From positions 32,001-96,000 of IMG/VR virus record IMGVR_UViG_3300036861_000610: DNA of 64,000 nucleotides, one strand, 5' to 3'. Both the position numbers and the translations under genes were made by a program. The notes under the pieces are model-generated. The model saw only the letters and a list, made by a program, of their open reading frames with translations, ran no database searches and had not been told where the DNA came from. The stretch's first letter is position 1. Each line of letters starts with the position of its first letter. The DNA comes from a virus. Positions 53,801 to 59,395 of this stretch are shown piece after piece.

Positions 53801-55882
53801 CCACGGCTGCGCCAGGCTGAAACGGAACCCACTGTCCTCACCGGCCAGCAGGGTCGGATCACCAGCGACATGGGTCCACGCATCAACACCGGCCCCGAAG
53901 GCATCCCCGCGAGGGACTACACCCTGCGATCCGGGTACCACGTCGACAACGGCACGTTCTACCGCATCGACAAAATCCCGTACCTTATCGAGCACGACGA
54001 CACTCCCGAAGGAAAGGCCTACGCTGACGGAGTCCAGAAAGCCCTGCAAGCTCACCGCGTATCCCTGCCGCTGGAACGACGTCGACTGCAACGCTCCTAC
54101 GCCTGGGTCCGCGGCCGGAACCCAAAGGACGTGGAGGCAGCTCACCGCCGTGGCCTCAATCCGGACAAATGGTTGAGTGACGCAACCTCCGACAGTATGG
54201 GCGGGATCACGGTCTACAACCGAGACGAGTTCGGCTTCGAAGGCGTCGACCAGACCTTGGACCATGAGTTCGCGCACAGCTTCGATCACGCCGACACCCA
54301 GGCTGGCCTCGTGGGGGCAAGTTCGCCGGAGTGGCTTGACGCAGCGGCCTCCGACAACGTGCACCGCGCGACCCTGTCCGATGTCACCTTCGACCAGGGG
54401 CCGGGCGCCAACAGCACCATCCGACTGGAAAAGGCCAAGCCCCACCCTGAAATCGAAGGCCACTTCCCAGACGGTGCAACCGACTACGCTCTTGTCGACT
54501 CCGCCGAAGACTTCGCCGAAGCTTTCCGCCTCTACCGCGCCGGTCCAATCGGCAAGGGGCGACGCACCAAGGGTGGACCTATTGAGCCACTGTGGTTCCG
54601 GGATGTTTTCCCGGCCCGTGCCGCCATCTTCGACGAAAAGCTTCCCGACTTTGCCGAGCGACAGTTGCGTCAGATCGAGCAGGCCCGCGGCGGGGACCTG
54701 TCGACGGCGCAACGGCGGGCACTGATCCGGAAGCTGATCAAGGAGCGTGACAACAGCGAGCGCAGCATCGCCTTCCGGGAGCTGGCCAAGAGCGCGCCAC
54801 CAGAACGGGCTCGACGCCGCCCGGCGCCCGAGCCGGCGCCAGTTCAACCCACGAGGCGTAGATCTCTTCGCTCTCCATCTTCATCTCAATCGCCATCATC
54901 GGCTCGACCGGCCGGCAGGACTGCTAGCGAGCGTCAAGAGATTGAAGACCTGATCCGTGGAGAATCCACCGATCGCGTCCCTCGTGCACGGGTCCGCGAC
55001 GGTCGACTCACTGGCCGAGTCGGAATTCTCGACCGGCTAAACGAGACTCTTCGTGCCGATACTGGGCCCGAAGGCATCCTGGTCCATGACCTGGAGCTGC
55101 AAAATATCAATGGCTATAAGGTTCGCAATGGACGTGCGTGGCGGTTCAATGGCGTTACCTATCTACTTGAGGATGGAGCCGACCCGGTAAAATCCGCGGA
55201 GCTAATGGACGCCATTTATGCCGAACACAATGCCCTGCCGGCCGAGATGCGTGGATTCCAGCGCGCCTACGCGCTGCTTCAGCACCCAGACGCGACGGAC
55301 GCATACGAGGACGCTAAGGCGCGAATGGAGGCGCGCAGACTCGGTAACCCTCGTCCTAAGCCGAGCACCTGGCAAACATTGGCAGCGGCACGTGGCGGCG
55401 ACATCTACATTTTCCGGTTGGGTGAACCGGCCACTCAACTGACACCAATTGATCGAGTTACAAAAACGGTGCGCCACGAGGGGGGTCACAACCTCGACAA
55501 TCAGGGTCACGACAGCGGGCTTGGGCCGATTTCGTCGTCTTCAAGTTGGTCGGCCGCAACTCGACCAACCGCGCAGCCAGTGTTCGACTTCGACCAAAAC
55601 GATCGAGGCTCGATTTCGCCAATAAGATTTGCGCCAAATGATGACGCGCCATTCCCGGGCGGCGTAACCAACTACGGCACTGCAAGCCCCTCAGAGGACT
55701 TCGCCGAGGCGGTCGCCCTGTATACCGCAGGCATCATCGGCCGTGGCCGACTCACCGAAAACGGTCCCATAGTGGACATCTATTTCCGAGACCTGTTCCC
55801 GGAGCGAGCCGCCGAGCTGGACCGATACATGCCGAACTTCGGCGCTGACCAGATGGCCTCCATCCGGAGACTGCGAAGCTAG
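35831..55882 (+). CDS. giant 6683-aa polyvalent head-associated protein
   Basis: 20-kb open frame; HPRD..GRF, ART-like fold, AKK repeats, two GrpE-like domains, three HExxH...EDFAE zincins. Confidence 0.9.
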   Translation: MAIDLGRWKPELHPRDSKGRFRDKWGLSPKAMADVDRLLAAFTHTPPLRSNAHAASFLRQQAPKRSERQKAVLKKFLTREGNENIQSTLRAGDKDTPDIKDLRGMMVPLEHDLILSRVVGPDAFGLRAEDMDGVEEWSGQRMMDPGFSPMNIGDAYQIAGPHIEMRVLVPRGTPAIIVGADGNSDADSRTVILPDGLAVQNIKIQSDGRGGWYAMSVVGSQQGVGKSPQALAGRPLKATEKAPAIDATPDELERRGISPEEAGIPAPQEQPGRFGPTTPSPGAGQRVLPQAAPGPEPAGPSIPNPAAGGVRKATPIPADEVPLGAGKVVGPDTEITPRKKITPRPSNQVVDEDVAQAADAKKVAAAADREAKAREARRVAAEKVVADREARMERERAEIAAERAQVSEQKTQIIDQQQKLLETLIAQQGGGEGGGTRAADLTPAQKKAVKGRVRPEGTTDEDRRQQELVRQIDAEEAAAAAQPAKKGIKKAAKAAPEAASEAAPEPAKTAKKVAKKAAPRVNHVGTQIRKDKFKNLQAGDVVEVPPRNGRPARQATVDFVDRDGNIHFTDNSTITGDVGTIRVVSQGTLKPTPAVRARMQRASDRAAAGLTPNETLLAVAAGKITPEQAAKNLENKLMDARKLQLQLGDFAPPELAKAIEGIEKVVRELRAQEAPSPEAAKKTTAAMKRAAKKIAADREAGGEEVPLEAVRETPATKRAAAKAARSIKKAASTPGPELLDETRPDAENINEVRQAKSLADINAIAATHKIQIPKSVGRREDRRAFLEKALAMRDGESKADYDARIEGLGAPAKKAVNPLVNARQRLKAGEDPAAVARSLRSRANALDRSLRVEGAPGADSDWRKRTEQRVTAMRKMIAELEGTPEAPAAKKAATKVAKAAPAKKVAAKVAKAAPEKKAVPAKRALPDREAQDADAKLQDYAEELNKTLTPAQKSQLDKANLSNTTTRQYYESRRSGDSHAKALRGAKAEQARLREQFEKENAPIVPGSAKKAAKKVAPEKAAPAKVAAKAIKKATPARVAEKPVITRATPVSKMDDDAVVAEAAKIEGAPETPRQRAIARRAALINTRRERVQAREQVQAARTAEAEARKATAAAKKEAAAARLDAANARKEAAAAKKAAAAAKKAAPEKKVAKAPAKKVVKAAPEKKAVPAKAPAKKVAAKAAPEKAAPAKKVAKAAPAKAAKAATEKPVITRKATTKAAAPEAPPAKAAPTAAPGTAARRITALRAVPGTRVMVAKRSDGSYGSAPRKTGAIPIEVTALDRVGGGRGGRSRLRITGTDPDGNQVQLDVSPSQTFPLEAAPAKKAAKAIKKAVPAKAAPERPVKVLRKSAAKKAPASAFDRADVMSRLQNFENPPSRKDATSLLEPASRADLLAMAKEISIPGASRKTSPELRREVVEATAGRRLDSIAIRGFRGERPGEAGVPEERAVRRAKPEAPVAKKVTPAAKKVAKAAPVKKVAAKATPEKTAPAKKVTKAAPEKPVITRKATTKAAPTKAATPAKKVAAKKVAPAPKQSLAEYTEQTRAGMGPLHEKQVHGLRSGLSESSVEEYYKRRQAGETHTAALRHAHVAQGKVNAERAKERAKINKESVAKLTGEQRAALVEFRDSHVDGLNSRQASQVRKLATGNDEVYWARRRAGAEHLEAMKGLGEAPAAKKVAKAAKKAIPEVPAAAKKAPAKAIKKAAPEKPFDFTRATTDEIEAAVEDGRLKTIGDSNRINFKASAIDRASRDLGRDDAAEVKRLRDLARRVSEVAQPSTEEQEENARRFKKSQQRNALIAKRLSDRGITSPSLDEMRAEALLIDAEEKAASAKAVRAPAKAIKKAAPERPVITRAAAKKAAATEAPTKVALKRKGPGTRPAPTDEQIREAMTPRMKQQFEGLDDAGTAKYLESRRSGENHTASLREAKKVAAPAAKKVPAKAIKKAAPEKPVITRATPVSKMDDDAVIAEAAKIEGAPATPRERAISRKAGLINARRERAAAKAAKAAAPAKAAKAPAKKAVTALAEPKKPMAGYRDTGEIVPEANREGLHVSPQKWGGYGVYDGKQSRVEADYKTEATARRRVRELQAGDTVKAIIPKERTARQKAADKKEADRQNALARAAGRGPEVEAPAAKKAPAKAIKKSAPEKVTPAKATKVAKAAPAKEAVAKTVPEKATVAKAAPGKPVIKRASKKATATRGITEAEKKAPPAKVGAARPEAAAATVRPVDSWSPGDGMDTSLYLSLQQSLGKAKLGNLNTLDRETRVSARHQNVPAAYQALRADLAGSPDLQSRLDRWYRGTFKPAGKGDDLTRPRMRPAVKAAEATKATRTPRKVVPSTPAADAKIRATLAKLKPQGKEDVLASMTPEQRKAVEEAVDRADARLAARKATKAAKAVAPEVSTPTAAKKTATAKKVAKAAPEKPTVKRAAKKVAAQAEAPAAAPAKKAARPLIKRQGKAVTAAEARKESALEAVRGHDMGRRTDNETLGQYRVIERNLQSGDYTPVQAKGAARREAQLWRRQARAIEADKGLSADEKLTGRSRALSAGENYDKLADAIAESQTRDRIEAKRFGEAPAAAPSKRVAKAAPTKAAAKAAPEKPVIKRAAKKTAPEAPLTDREARAAQRAGRTPAPETAKQKAAKAEIARKAKATQARIEAERKADDKAHAAFFRPILKDAGVKDSELSDLDRTGLRVVGDKLRDGKISKATAARRLRTDREDSPLNKIADAIEAKPRKAAVKKAAPEAPTKAAKAPAKAVKKTVPATATAEKKPTITRRVKKVAPAEAPAAKKAETPAKKVAAPTKAATKTVPAKKAAPIKKTATKAAPAKATAKLTRKPTDVDQKTIDSLNNDQISQINDLSPDSQDAYWARRNRGIGHDSAWRSVPKGDIEALRRPSQPGREGEARPVGNAESVEALRRPTITRSGTGSRRLTEDEKDDVLRQAADAKTANPNWPVTREDRDLAREAAEIQEARASTGRAVKATKKVAPKEVVKKVAPNVIKTRERRAKQYDEAVGDVPGERGGLLRSTKKALAEGEPAATAKDRLSKRAESLRTQAELLREKGDSDFVGDEITKLERDADTYQRAADLAGKKVPTIKKAVKPGEKVAVKDLTDGDVAILDGKRGTFRQPRPRTTFIEFPDGSQEKVQKSRLAQMVRDKKLQLLGGDHRANAPEGGAPEAPAAKKARPSIKRAPATAAADAPGNARDRKRLDATGNRDAVKARADELVQDGKTSPAAWRQALDEAEAPEERSTRRRLTGPVGGEGNVDTSLESRRARRAVSRGVTTPGGESQVVPLKRAAKKATPEAAAPEKPVIERAAKKVAAPEVAELAKATKAAAAKKSVKKATPEAPTKAVKKAVPAKKAAPEAPAAAKKAPAKAIKKAAPEKPVIKRAAKKVAAAPAPVKAVPAKRAPIKKAAPETPAAAAERRLTPRLSELQQRQVEGMSPAGARKYWERRAEGNDHADAVAGIPHRRPIGTRSGPLAGPARSHDAHTQRAMEGLDKFQSSLSEPQAAQLDETLGLHKTAAARRKAKLDYWANRGAGDSHTAALKKVTPEGADTPKAVRPTITRAAAKKAEAGPPSRKAVSELRASERNAKYGPDGPSHIDLSRVGEGIDLGDDQSILDEAQAKLNRGETPRMVAKGLDDHANGILTHGIYVHGAYQAREKTGIPEIDAGKPARAAENEAELKKYRDRSDRLKELAEKLRGTRRPVARKATTAAPAKAAKAAPIKAAPTKRVAGQRRVSPWDPIPVFRDGGESGLRDRLSELDTEQLKDMIAAGGMDSSGLAAKWRSRDRLTNLIVDRVQGRATKGRAFRPEPATKVAKAPARSIKKATPAVAETPAVKKAVKAVKKTAAEVAPEAPAKKTAAAKKAARKTIPEKLPTGAADLVRLGKEHGILGADELSPEALRDALTAKRKDPNLVPIASELIPQEIRDASPEKLRAIAKVGGFELEGDTADELRLDLIRKAITSAARERLEGRSARKKAAPAKAIKKATPTKAPAKAATKAVPAAKKVAAKAVEKPVIKRAAKKVTPPEERSRIRTAAPETKNAMDVNVGDVIRLPQDQRLREPGEVVRVQRMGRIVRITRDDGKVAQLLPRSKVELAELPNNQDRVARRAGLPTSEERAVRRATPEGPATPAKKTATAPAKKAAAAPTKKAAPAKATPVAAKKATAPAKAAPTKAAPAKKVAAKKAVEPAEKFLPPLADGTQRKSLTNVKVGDTIRVGNNPGDLGVPQRVTKVERDGNDVKITRADGSVMRGSPNTAVWMGDTLRPGERSGSKATRPTITRAAKKAAPEAGAPEATPAKKAIRKATPAKTTAARKELDENQVGSTPARNMVKDANRDLSRGDSRQEVADRLRGNAEELRSGDPLTSSDMPDRIDRSDADMREIALIDARRLDSLADDVERGPAAPAKKTIRKAPAKKATATPTGTKSSPELDTMQRDRERLNNRIRRYENKRNTEGEPGSVEKRLIGERDALDTKILAEKERLNPDGLERVEGRELYDLARTNDVSTFLTPDMVRDELRKKGIKAPAKKAGVRKVSAAKKAAPEAPEAPAAKKARPTITRAADRKAFPEAPGNLKDKRRLDNVKDDDKAAVRTRATELRDNDKKTPAAAWKQALDEHEAEKARRDMEVLQRGGYRDDGQVPAKKTAATKRAPAKVIQLAPKSTPTDENDKIGQVIDDLNAKKITKKTAVKRLRDEGTIEANDLADGLEGKEIGAGRAAKAAAKAAKKATPKAATAVPYSRVQTGDKASWTDADGNKVSGTVQRMPRGVWVDWESGRRERISSRPGHNGVTFERGNAPEKPVIKRATKAAAPTKAAPERPVIKRATKKAAPEAPTPAAEAERKLSPRLLPGQRRQLEAMTPADREKYWARRADGANHADAIGGDARAQRALDGKERFEARLNDRQKGQVNDLPSEEQTDYWNHRESGDSHTAAFRKVSMARRAGAAEKSTPAAAKKAEPAAVAKKTPAKPTITRAAKKTAAPEAPVKATKAAEAPAAPARSRTKFTPSQVELLRRIEKGHIDADADLSTQEKRDLNRLSRHGLVRTDMVQKGQKKVARNTISADGRDELKKIDAPAPAKKTAAKTAAKATPEAPAKKAAAPAKKAATPAKKATTPTTPVKTATSKVTEPTDAATTARDRLAGRQKEARIRKATGAVDLAANMLNAAEAFRNGDNPDGFKRTVRQDLQGKTPGDLKNPRDTHAAGWEALKKAMGPESEWDTPEKLDVRLRSALQDMGIRVDNNYGDRLTFDPDTMNAFDGANIGPGDEVTVVRPGLSYRDKDGTLHVLRPPTVTRRRGGDTDTGPLAPDGGPPPRKAVPATSRPRIHNGSARYDQDGNLVGSTSKGAQFRLDQIIDVNDPDFPDDGIPVRGFRAHGYDVKEGRLTRHDGVLYLTEEGDGPKDKEHRERTLKQVQEWQDSLPENEKKYVKSISSFSGNSPGDSYWQQRRGLQDMVASASAGNGEISIWRHGGDYGHGSNPATLDHELGHLIDDRYQYSGDGRWEHAGQSDNIGLKGRAPGFSGFNRLSDEEADTGGRDTYRYGISRYGTSDTGEDFAEAYSAYKRGWVGTIDDPDNPGRRRKVHFRELYPARAAIFDGLFPERGVAQRREIAEYMARDPDLRELTDFHEDFLAQGLLHKKTLPELRAIAKKVGRSKYGATREGLMRHILEGTRGPQYRPRSGMYDTLKRLGTRDAAQERMKAYSPSLLRELLHELDVESPGRRRSREEKTTAILDKLYPQAPAPAKKAVAKEAAAPAAKAVKKAAPAKLTPARLRRAQHAAAEELAKTAADLEENIDKGASDRALLQLVRTRLARLKIKDVGDEYVWQRPGGDVRLESDLTPTEDADILSARRLAGLGRAVQQNINDRSAMRTAIRKNLAEHELTPIGAAGDKVKYDPAIHQPMRSLPKGTAVQVVHPGYQWRTPEGTSETILRPLVMEAPSPRKVTGAAKPTIKRAAKKAAPSAKAAPEKPTIKRAAKKAAPTERPRLRQAETEPTVLTGQQGRITSDMGPRINTGPEGIPARDYTLRSGYHVDNGTFYRIDKIPYLIEHDDTPEGKAYADGVQKALQAHRVSLPLERRRLQRSYAWVRGRNPKDVEAAHRRGLNPDKWLSDATSDSMGGITVYNRDEFGFEGVDQTLDHEFAHSFDHADTQAGLVGASSPEWLDAAASDNVHRATLSDVTFDQGPGANSTIRLEKAKPHPEIEGHFPDGATDYALVDSAEDFAEAFRLYRAGPIGKGRRTKGGPIEPLWFRDVFPARAAIFDEKLPDFAERQLRQIEQARGGDLSTAQRRALIRKLIKERDNSERSIAFRELAKSAPPERARRRPAPEPAPVQPTRRRSLRSPSSSQSPSSARPAGRTASERQEIEDLIRGESTDRVPRARVRDGRLTGRVGILDRLNETLRADTGPEGILVHDLELQNINGYKVRNGRAWRFNGVTYLLEDGADPVKSAELMDAIYAEHNALPAEMRGFQRAYALLQHPDATDAYEDAKARMEARRLGNPRPKPSTWQTLAAARGGDIYIFRLGEPATQLTPIDRVTKTVRHEGGHNLDNQGHDSGLGPISSSSSWSAATRPTAQPVFDFDQNDRGSISPIRFAPNDDAPFPGGVTNYGTASPSEDFAEAVALYTAGIIGRGRLTENGPIVDIYFRDLFPERAAELDRYMPNFGADQMASIRRLRS

Positions 55883-56046
55883 GCAGCGTCCTTGCGCCGC
55901 ATAATGGTGCGTTCGACGCCGCCCCCTTTGAGGACAGTCACGACCTCGGCGGTGACAGCTTCGTCCTTGTTGGTGGTGGGGGTGCCATCAGCCTTATGCC
56001 AGGTGATGGTCTCGCTCTCAACGCCCTCGGGCAGTTCGTCGGCCAT
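55879..56046 (-). CDS. small convergent protein (candidate inhibitor/immunity protein)
   Basis: MADELPEGVESETITWHKADG...ERTIMRRKDAA, 55 aa; stop overlaps giant gene stop. Confidence 0.55.
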   Translation of the reverse strand: MADELPEGVESETITWHKADGTPTTNKDEAVTAEVVTVLKGGGVERTIMRRKDAA

Positions 56047-56133
56047 GCGGCAAGTATCGCACTACGCCACGCTTGCCCTCTACGTCAAGGTGATCTACAA
56101 AGTAACTATCAGTTCCAGGAGAGGGAGCGAAGG

Positions 56134-56289
56134 ATGGCTTGCGGATGTGGGAAAAGCAGCGGAGAGCCCGCTGAGACCTATGTGGTTCGTAAGGCTAACG
56201 GCCAGACCGAGGAGGTCACCTCGAAGGTCGCGGCCGATATTTTGGTGACCAAGTACGGCGGCACATACAGCGTGCAGCGAAAGAAGTAA
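56134..56289 (+). CDS. small 'MACGCG' virion-module protein
   Basis: SD; MACGCGK...YVV...G....GGTY. Confidence 0.7.
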   Translation: MACGCGKSSGEPAETYVVRKANGQTEEVTSKVAADILVTKYGGTYSVQRKK

Positions 56290-56431
56290 CACGGCAATAC
56301 TGGACAAGAAGTCAATCTCCGACTTATCATCCAGCTAGATCTACAAAATCTCATTCTTCAGGGCAGCGCTGTGAGCCTCCTGGGGACTAAGGACTGTGCG
56401 TCCTTCTTCCTTCCCAAGAGAGGTTCCAGCT

Positions 56432-58138
56432 GTGGAATTCGAGATTCCCGAGGTCAGTGACCTGCCTCGGTTCACCCTCCAGGCGCTGCGCGATCTTGGC
56501 CTTGAGGCCGCTGCCGCATATGACGCCCTCCGCGAGGTCCTGACCCCGGAGACCGCTTCCGACGAAGACCTCGACGACCTGGAAGACCTGAAGAGCTTCA
56601 TGGTCCTGGTCGACGACGAGATGACTCAGCGCCGCGAGCGCCAGTCTCGCTTCAACGCCCTCCCCACCGCCCTCAAGGCTGAGGACGACATGGAGGACGA
56701 AGAGGCTGAGGCCGAGGAAGCCGCCGCTGAGGCCGGCGCCTCTCCTGACGCCAAGGTCAAGCCGCAGTCGCGTGGAGCCAAGGGCACCGACACGACCTAT
56801 GCGGTCGACACCCGGACCCCGTCGCTGGCGGACATCGCCAACAACTCCAACAGCAACGTGATCGAAGGCATCGTGGAAAACGGCGAGGACAACAAGCCGC
56901 AGTTCAAGATCCTCGCCGCGGCCGACACCGGATTCTCCACCGGCCAGGTCCTCGACGGCTGGCTCGACGTGGCCAAGGCTTTCGTCGCCCGCAGCCGCAC
57001 TCACGGTGGCGGCACCGCCCAGCAGTCCACCGTTGCCACGATCCGGCGCGAGTTCGGCAACGACTTCGCCGTGTCTGACGGCGACGACGACGTGACCATC
57101 GCGCAGAAGATGGACTTCGTCCGCGACGAGTCCCGCCTGCCTGGTGGAAGCCTGCTGGCCGGCACCGGCTGGTGTGCTCCGTCCGAGACGATCTACACCA
57201 CCTGCAACGAGATCACCACCGACGGACTCCTGTCCGTGCCTGAGATTGGCGCCCGTCGCGGTGGCATCCGGCACAACCAGGGCATCCAGTTCGACACCAT
57301 CTTCGGCAGCGGCACGGGCTTCAACATCTTGACTGAGGCCCAGGTCATTGCAGACACAACGAAGACCTGTGTCGCAATCCCGTGCCCCAGCTTCGTGGAT
57401 GACCGGCTCAAGGTTGCGGCCCTCTGCCTCACCGGTGACATCCTGCAGAACCGGGGCTACCCCGAGTTCGTCTCGACCTTCGTGCAAGGGGCCATTGCTG
57501 CGCAAGCCCACAATGTCAACCGTCAGATCATCGCCGACATTGTCACCGACTCGACCGCGGTTGACATGACGGCCTGCCAGCCGTGGGTTTCGGACGGTTC
57601 GGTTGTCTCGCAGCTGATGAGTGCCATCGACACCGCAATTCTCGACATCCAGTACCGCCTGCGTCTGCAGCGCAACCAGACCGTCGAAATCATCCTGCCG
57701 TACTGGGTGAAGGGCCAGCTCCGCGCTGACTGGATCCGCCGCAACGGCCCGATGGACCCGGACCTGACCGACGCCATGGTCGACGGCCTGCTTCGGACCC
57801 GCAACGCGCGGGCCCAGTGGGTCTACGACTGGCAGGACTCGTTCACCTCGACTGGTGTTTCTGGTGGTCCGTTCCCCGGTTCGGACACCCCGATCTGTGC
57901 TCTGCCGACCCAGGTCCGTTTCCTGGCCTACCCTGCGGGCACGTGGGTTGTCGCTCGGCAGGACGTTATCCGCTTGGACACCATCTACGACTCAGTCAAC
58001 TTGGCCACTAACAAGGTGACTCAGTTGTTCTTGGAGGACGGTTTCCGGGCGATGCGCTTCTGCCCGATCAGCCGCGTCTACACCATCAACATCTGCTCGA
58101 ACGGCTCGACCGGCATCCAGCGCGCAGTTACCTGCTAA
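56432..58138 (+). CDS. major capsid (hexamer) protein
   Basis: Acidic scaffold-like N-terminus; SLLAGTGWCAPSE; RGGI; terminator follows. Confidence 0.87.
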   Translation: MEFEIPEVSDLPRFTLQALRDLGLEAAAAYDALREVLTPETASDEDLDDLEDLKSFMVLVDDEMTQRRERQSRFNALPTALKAEDDMEDEEAEAEEAAAEAGASPDAKVKPQSRGAKGTDTTYAVDTRTPSLADIANNSNSNVIEGIVENGEDNKPQFKILAAADTGFSTGQVLDGWLDVAKAFVARSRTHGGGTAQQSTVATIRREFGNDFAVSDGDDDVTIAQKMDFVRDESRLPGGSLLAGTGWCAPSETIYTTCNEITTDGLLSVPEIGARRGGIRHNQGIQFDTIFGSGTGFNILTEAQVIADTTKTCVAIPCPSFVDDRLKVAALCLTGDILQNRGYPEFVSTFVQGAIAAQAHNVNRQIIADIVTDSTAVDMTACQPWVSDGSVVSQLMSAIDTAILDIQYRLRLQRNQTVEIILPYWVKGQLRADWIRRNGPMDPDLTDAMVDGLLRTRNARAQWVYDWQDSFTSTGVSGGPFPGSDTPICALPTQVRFLAYPAGTWVVARQDVIRLDTIYDSVNLATNKVTQLFLEDGFRAMRFCPISRVYTINICSNGSTGIQRAVTC

Positions 58139-58148
58139 GAGGCTCAGT

Positions 58149-58179
58149 AAGGGGCTGGGTCTTTCGACCCAGCCCCTTT
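58149..58179 (+). terminator. intrinsic terminator
   Basis: AAGGGGCTGGGTC-TTTC-GACCCAGCCCCTTT. Confidence 0.8.
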
Positions 58180-58201
58180 GACCTCGAAAGGGGGTGAAGG
58201 C

Positions 58202-59041
58202 ATGGCAAGTCTGACCGGTCCGCTTTATGTCCCGCCGCCGAATCCAATCGTTCCGCGGTACGGGCTGTTCAACGTCGCCAACGGACCCGTTGACCTTCCC
58301 ATTAACGCCCGCATCGGTGGCCTGCAGTACCAGATTTCGACGTGCAACCTTCCCCTTGAATACGAGGTGGAATGCCAGGACGCGCACAACACCAAGGTCA
58401 TTACCTCTGGCGTTACGACCGTCACCGGCGCGCCGTTCATCGTCTATTCGGCCATTCAATGCGGCACCGTCGGCCTGGTCGACTTCGGCCAGGAGCAGGT
58501 TAAGCGCTACCTGTACGACCAGCTCATTGCTGGCGAGCAGGCCACTGTCGAAAGCATCTTCTCGCAGGGCCTCGTCGGCCAGTTCCCGTCGCTGCAGACC
58601 GGCGCCGTTTCCCTGGGTGCTGCCCAGGGGCCAGTGCAGGCCGTCAGCATGCTGGAGGACTGGATTTACGCCCGGTTCGGGTCCAGGGCCGTTATCCATG
58701 CCCCGATGGAGGCCGCGGCCTACTTCAAGGCCGCACACCTGATTGAGCCTGACGGCAACGTCAATGCAGGTGGCGTCTGGCGCACGGACGTCGGTACAGC
58801 AGTCAGTTTTGGCAACTACGCAGGCGTGGGGCCAACTGGACAGGCCGGTACATGGATCTATGTCACGGGACCGCTCACCATTTGGCGCACCCCAGACACT
58901 GAACTGTTTGTGCCACCCATGGGTCAGGTCATTAACCGAACCACCAACGTCTTGACCATCGTCATGGAGCGGGAGTACGTGCTCGCCTTCGACTGCTATT
59001 CGGCGGCCGTAAACGTAACCCTCAATACGGTGGACCGATAA
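58202..59041 (+). CDS. capsid pentamer/minor capsid protein
   Basis: PRYGLF, PFIVY...C, GEQ..VE, W.YVTGP..IWR; follows MCP. Confidence 0.72.
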   Translation: MASLTGPLYVPPPNPIVPRYGLFNVANGPVDLPINARIGGLQYQISTCNLPLEYEVECQDAHNTKVITSGVTTVTGAPFIVYSAIQCGTVGLVDFGQEQVKRYLYDQLIAGEQATVESIFSQGLVGQFPSLQTGAVSLGAAQGPVQAVSMLEDWIYARFGSRAVIHAPMEAAAYFKAAHLIEPDGNVNAGGVWRTDVGTAVSFGNYAGVGPTGQAGTWIYVTGPLTIWRTPDTELFVPPMGQVINRTTNVLTIVMEREYVLAFDCYSAAVNVTLNTVDR

Positions 59042-59395
59042 ATGCCGCTGATGCGCGAGTGGGTTGAGATCCACGTGGATGAGGATTTGCTCATCCACGT
59101 GGTTCGCGAGCTGCTTTCGCTGGCAGTGAACCCGAACCAGGTTGAGGTCACGTACGGCACCGCCGGCCGCATCATCCTGGCCGAGATTCACCTTGCTGAT
59201 GCTTGGTACCAGATGCGTCTGGCCAAGGAAGAAGCCGAAGGCGATGGCACCGAAGTGCACGCCAGCGGCTTCGAAGTTGTTGATAGCGCGAAGATTGAAA
59301 ATTCAAACTCTGCTGAGTCAACAACCGTCCCAACGCCCGCCAAGCGAGCGTCTGCACCAAAACCCTCCGCTTCTCCTAACGGCGAGGATTCGTAA
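59042..59395 (+). CDS. hypothetical protein
   Basis: Translationally coupled ORF. Confidence 0.65.
   Translation: MPLMREWVEIHVDEDLLIHVVRELLSLAVNPNQVEVTYGTAGRIILAEIHLADAWYQMRLAKEEAEGDGTEVHASGFEVVDSAKIENSNSAESTTVPTPAKRASAPKPSASPNGEDS

Noticed and set aside
36000-55700. Long minus-strand ORFs (e.g. 41318-44737, 47942-49702)
   Set aside because: Antisense shadows of the GC3-biased, repetitive giant gene
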